A stretch of 64,000 bases of DNA from Zancudomyces culisetae HAW-14-8 (lineage: Eukaryota > Fungi > Kickxellomycota): assembly GCA_052426225.1 (NCBI GenBank), contig JBNJNM010000020.1, positions 21,848 to 85,847 of the forward strand. Direction: 5' to 3'. The translations under genes and the position numbers were made by a program. This document shows, piece by piece, positions 58,985 through 64,000 of the stretch (position 1 is its first letter; each line of letters begins with the position of its first letter). The notes beneath the pieces are model-generated. The model was not told the DNA's origin, ran no database searches, and saw only the letters and a list, made by a program, of their open reading frames with translations.

Positions 58985-60573
58985 ACGTCCATGGCTTAAA
59001 CATGATCTACTCTACACCATTTATTATAGGAACCATGTGTAAATTCGTAAATTTTTGTACACCTGATTATTTTGTGTCGTATGTACACCTCAACTCTATC
59101 AATGTTTTTTATTACCAACCTTCTCACTTGTTGCTTTTCTGTTACTCTCTGTTTAGTTCTTAGTTCAGGGTACTCTAAAAATGACTTTCATGTCTCTCTG
59201 GATCAATATATAACATTATAACCTCTATTATGATACTACTCTATTTTTAGTATTACATGAACGTAACTTTTTTTTATAACACTACCTTTTTCCTTGGCGA
59301 CTTCATTCTGAGCCGGAGTTATCAGGATACTATTGCAGAGTTTGCAAATCAGCTATTTTTTCACCATTATTTTTATGCCACAGCTCGGTTAGTGATAAAA
59401 ATGTAAGCCTTTTGCACAGTAAAACATATACTTAGTTAATATACAACTCCACAAACACTCACTTCACCTGTAGTTCATATCCTTTTCAGTTTCTTATCCA
59501 TATTATCGCAAAATGGTCAGTAAAAAAATTAGTTTTTCTTAGTTTCGCTAATCTAGACTGCGTACAGTAGCTATTGGCTAGAAGCAAGTTTATGACCAAC
59601 CACATACCAGTAGAGGCAAGGATATAATTAAAAGGAACTACGTTAGAATACTTCACCATTCACCTTCAAGGGTCTGATAATATTATGTGGATAACTTTGT
59701 ATTTAGAACTACAATACTGATATACCTCATTTTTCATCCAATATAAGCGTATCCTATGGCTAGCATGGCGAATTGTTATATACTTTAAAATCTAGACACT
59801 TTAGGGGTAAATCCTAAATAAAAAAAGCGAGCTAGATCCCATATTAAACTCAATTTCTCAACCAAGCACCCAATTGCTGCTTTTCTGGTTCTACCACCTG
59901 TGGTTCCATTACTTTTTTTTTTGGATATTTATGCACCAAAGCAGTTATCAAAAAATGGGGGTATACTTGAACTAAAGAGCCAGTAGGAGCCCTTAAAAGA
60001 AAAGTGCCAGATATATTGCAGCTTAAATAATGATATTCATAGTACTATACCATAGTAAAAAGAGGTTATAACTAAAATTAATGTTAGACCCAGAACAAAG
60101 CTGGAATATATTATTGCATTTAGGTTATGTCTTGCTTTCATGAGTGAATTTGGATCTACAAAATGGTCCCAGCTTCCAAAGTTATGTTTTATGCCTAATA
60201 ACATATTTATTTTAAAAAAAAGTAGCAAGCGACTTGTTCAAACAGTCTAGAAAATTTAGCATTAACGTTTGAGTATTAAATGTTGATCAAAGTTACTATT
60301 TGAGGCATTCCTAAGTGGAAAATCTGACATAGAAAAATAGGCGATATAAGCTTTAGTAAAATTGTTTTTTTAGTTGCTATAAAAGCTCTATAAAAGAACT
60401 TTAGTCAAAAAAATCAATAAACGCCAGGAGTCAAAGAACAATATTAAGACTTATTTTTTTGTATTACCAGTTTTTCTAAGTGCCAGATTTTGAGTCAAAT
60501 ACATAATACTACTCAGATATAGAGGATTGCAGAACAAATATCAACCATAAGGGGGGGTAAAAGAAAAGTAAAT

Positions 60574-63500
60574 ATGTTGAAAAATATATCATTATTGGTT
60601 TCTTTCACTCTACTCTCGGCGCGGAGTGTCTAACCATTGATAATACAAATAAAAGTCACAATGATCTTAGCGAAAACCGAGATTTTAGTCCAAAGAGTCT
60701 AAAAAATACATGGCAAGATGAGAAAAGGAACTCTATTGAACCAGTATCCGTTGACACCTCAATATTAAATTCAGGAAAGGTAGATATCAGTCACAATGGC
60801 AACTACACAAAATCGGAGGAGCCATGATAATATATACTAATGACAAAATATTTGAGCCTACTTATGATGAGGCTATGCGAAAAAGTGCCGTTTCAGATAG
60901 AATAAACTGTGAATCGAGCAAATTAAATAACAATAAACACCTATCAAAAATATACTGTTTGGATGACACAACAGAACCTACAAATAATATTCCACTTAAC
61001 TATCTCTACCAAAGACTATGTAATAGAGCAACAGAGCAAGACAATACACAGCTCAAACAAATGTACTGTGATGTGCGAAAGCAGAATAACTACGGACCGC
61101 TTAGCGGAGCCAAGCTAGATGGTTTGATTGAAGAATATTTAAAGCTCGTTGAGTATACCGAAGACCCTGCAGACATGGCTGCAAATAAGCCTGTTAGAGA
61201 TGCTCTGAATAGCATAACATCCGCTGAAAACAGTGGTTCGAAAAATCAACACTCAGAAAAGATAAGTGACGCAGTAGAACACAGCAAAAATCAGAAAATG
61301 ATCAACAAGAAAAGTACAATAATATTCTTGTCGAAGCTTTGAGTGCAGCGGAAGAGAAAAACCCATTAGAGCAACTAGGTTCTCTTTGGACACAAGACAC
61401 GGATTCAGAGCTATCACCAAATTCCCTAACACATGGAAATGACCAGGTGGCAAAGATAGTTATGGTTAAGTGTGCCCTAGCACTAAGAAGTCAAAATAAG
61501 GATGCAAAATCAAAGTTCTGTAATAGTGCAAACATTGCATCTGCAAAAGCAATGAATCTAAACCGAATTCTTTCAGCTTTGTGTGGTCGTGCAAAAAATT
61601 TTTTAGACTATTATAGACTTTCTATATACTGTAACGAAATTATACAGGTATCTGATACCACCCCAGATATAGTCATTTCTACAGGCAATATCAGACGAAA
61701 ATGACCGAGTTAATAGACGCAGGGTTGCTTTAAGGACTATGGTACGTGGTTTCGATAAAAAGGCTAGATATTTGAACCCGTATCTCAGACTGTGTCTGGA
61801 GGCATCATACGTACATGATATCGAAGAATGCAAAGGTACTGCAGGGGAATTGTTCCAAGACCAAAAAAAACATGCATGTTGTGCATATTTTTAGAGTGCT
61901 TTGTGGATTCGGCCTAAAAAATCCTCCAGCAATTATGCTATAAAGCCAATACTGCAAACCGTTGGAAAAAGTAAAGGTTGAACCCCCACCTTTGGTAAAA
62001 ATATATGGGGAACTATGTAAACAGCAAAGAGAGAGAACAACAGCAAGGCTACTGCAACATATTGTAGAGAAATTGTCGGACAACCTTTTAGAATTATTCC
62101 ACGTAGAGAGTTAGAAGCAATCTTATGTAGAGAGGCATTTATGTTAGGAGCCCAGTCATTCACAACACATTTCTGCAGTGTAGCGGATAGGGATATGTTA
62201 GATTCATCAGATAAAAAAATGGTTGATACATATGAGACCAAATGCAAAGATGCAAAGAAGAGTAAAAATGCTTCAGGAATTGAAAAGTACTGCAAACCCG
62301 ACGATGTGAATGTAGGTTCAATAACGATTCCACAAATAAAAGATGTTTACAGAGTACACTGTAGCTTGGCTAGAATGAGCGGAGATAGTGCAGATATTAG
62401 AAAATACTGTCTTCTTGGAAAGGGTGTTGATTACACAAAACTTGATCTTATAATAACGGATGTTTACAAAAGGTTATGTCAACATGCAACAAGAAAAGCC
62501 ATAATAAAAAAGCACAATATTGCAGAGATCTAACACGTAAGACAGAGTTACCAATCTCGAAAGATGAGGTGATTCGTGCATTGTGTGTAGAGGCAAAGCT
62601 TAGAAATGACCGGAAAAAAATGCGTTTGTACTGCCCGATATTCAATAGTGCAGATAGTCAAAACGTGTACACAAAAATGTGTTTTGAGGCCATGTTAAGT
62701 GGTGACAACAAAAACAAAATGCTGTACTGTCATACCTCAAGCAATCCTAAGCCTCCCCTAGAGAGTGTTGAAAGGTTTATGTGCTCTTTGGCAAAAGCGT
62801 CAAAATCCCAAGCCGATATAGATAATTACTGCCCGAAATTTACAAACAATTCCTCTAAGCTGCTTGATATCAAAAAAATATACAGGCAACTCTGTGCGGA
62901 AGCCAAAAAGAGCAGAAACAAGGCTGAAATTGAGTTCTTCTGTGCTTCTCTAGAAAATACCGAAATCAAGGTTCCTCCACTAAAATATTTTTATAAAATA
63001 CAATGTCAAAATTCCAAACTCTGCTTTGATGTAAAAGGCGTTAGCCTGTACTGCGTTGATAAAAACTCTGTGAATCAAAACGACGTGTACTTTAGAAGAT
63101 GTCGTGCGGCCAAAATTTCTGGAAACAAAGTCGATATAAAGAGATATTGTACAGGATTGGCGGCTGGAAAACCATCCACTTCCCAAATTAACCGAATACT
63201 GTGTTCGATTGCTCGATCACGAAACAACGTTAAAAACATTATAAAGTATTGTAAAAACGTAGTTACAGTTATTGTTGTCGATAAGGTCTACTCAAACCTA
63301 TGCCTGAAGGCCAAGAGAGAGAAAAATCGTCGCGATATCAAAAAGTATTGCAAAGAGCCTTCAGATATTGGTCCAAACCACCCTCCATTGTGTGAAATAA
63401 CCAAAATGCTGTGTATTGAGGCCAGAATCGCAAAGGATTATCCAAAAATTAAAAAGTATTGCAGGGACTATAAACCAAGCGAAAAGTTCTACTATGATAC

Positions 63501-64000
63501 TTTATGCAGAAAAGCCAAAATCGAAAGAAACCCATACAACATAAACAGGTATTGTCCTCGACCTCCAAACCCACCACTGCCTAGTTATGATACAAACAAA
63601 ATTCTATGTCATTTGGGCAAACTACAGAAGGATAAGGTAAAAATAGCCATGTTCTGCAGACCAGATAAAAATGAAGGTTTGGGTTGCTCAATTAAAAAGA
63701 TATATAAATATCTGTGCAAGTACGCACAAATAACCAAAAACCCTAGCACAATCAAACTATATTGTCGAGATATTAGCCATAAAGATGACAAGCTTCCATC
63801 AATAGATGAAATATACAAAATACTCTGTGTTATAGCAGCCATAAAAAATGATGTAGCAGCTAAAAGAAAATACTGCAGACCATTCATACCACCTACACAT
63901 ATAAACAAATACAAACAGCTTTGTGAAAAAGCAAAAAAGGAAAAAAACAAAGCGGACATTGAGAAGTATTGTCCTTCAGATATTTCCAAATATCCTCCAT
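60574..64000 (+). CDS. Large putatively secreted Cys/Tyr/Lys-rich protein with tandem C-x15-C repeats; several frameshifts in 60.6-62.5 kb, open from ~62521 past the window end
   Basis: Signal-like MLKNISLLVSFTL; ORF fragments 60824, 61339 and 62141, plus a stop-free ~490-codon frame 62521-64000 that the ORF track omits, all carry (L)C-x2-A-x4-(N/D)-x3-I-x2-(Y/F)C. Confidence 0.75.

Larger units (their letters stand above)
56350..59049 (+). repeat. Right arm of ~2.7-kb inverted duplication
   Basis: Reverse complement of 42520-45221. Confidence 0.97.

Noticed and set aside
42520-59049. Composite transposon with long terminal inverted repeats
   Set aside because: No transposase ORF and no target-site duplication found; the arm ends fade into degenerate similarity.

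Overview
AT-rich eukaryotic (fungal) genomic DNA with short spliceosomal introns. Gene content and style suggest an early-diverging fungus, plausibly a Harpellales insect-gut fungus (inference only). The window has three zones. (1) About 1-25.3 kb is an accessory, duplication-rich region: three paralogous F-box-like/ankyrin-repeat genes (one intact, two decayed or mosaic), a small membrane-anchor/coiled-coil ORF family, relic coding DNA, and a catalytically dead, probably GPI-anchored trypsin homolog. (2) About 26-42 kb holds housekeeping genes: ELF1, G6PD, V-ATPase d, a NOL8-like RRM protein, a WD40 protein, MECR/ETR1 and an LRRC40-like protein. (3) About 42.5-59 kb carries a ~2.7-kb near-identical inverted duplication (42520-45221 / 56350-59049) bracketing an ~11-kb segment (PIN4-like, mitochondrial uL4, dolichol kinase, FMC1). 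Each arm holds a complete, outward-facing gene for a secreted prepro-peptide that would release the Tyr-rich 18-mer LGSTYKYYSSARILYYWL after a KR site. The window ends inside a large, probably secreted protein built from roughly 25 copies of an unrecognised C-x15-C repeat. The inverted-repeat peptide locus and the C-x15-C protein are the best candidates for undescribed biology.
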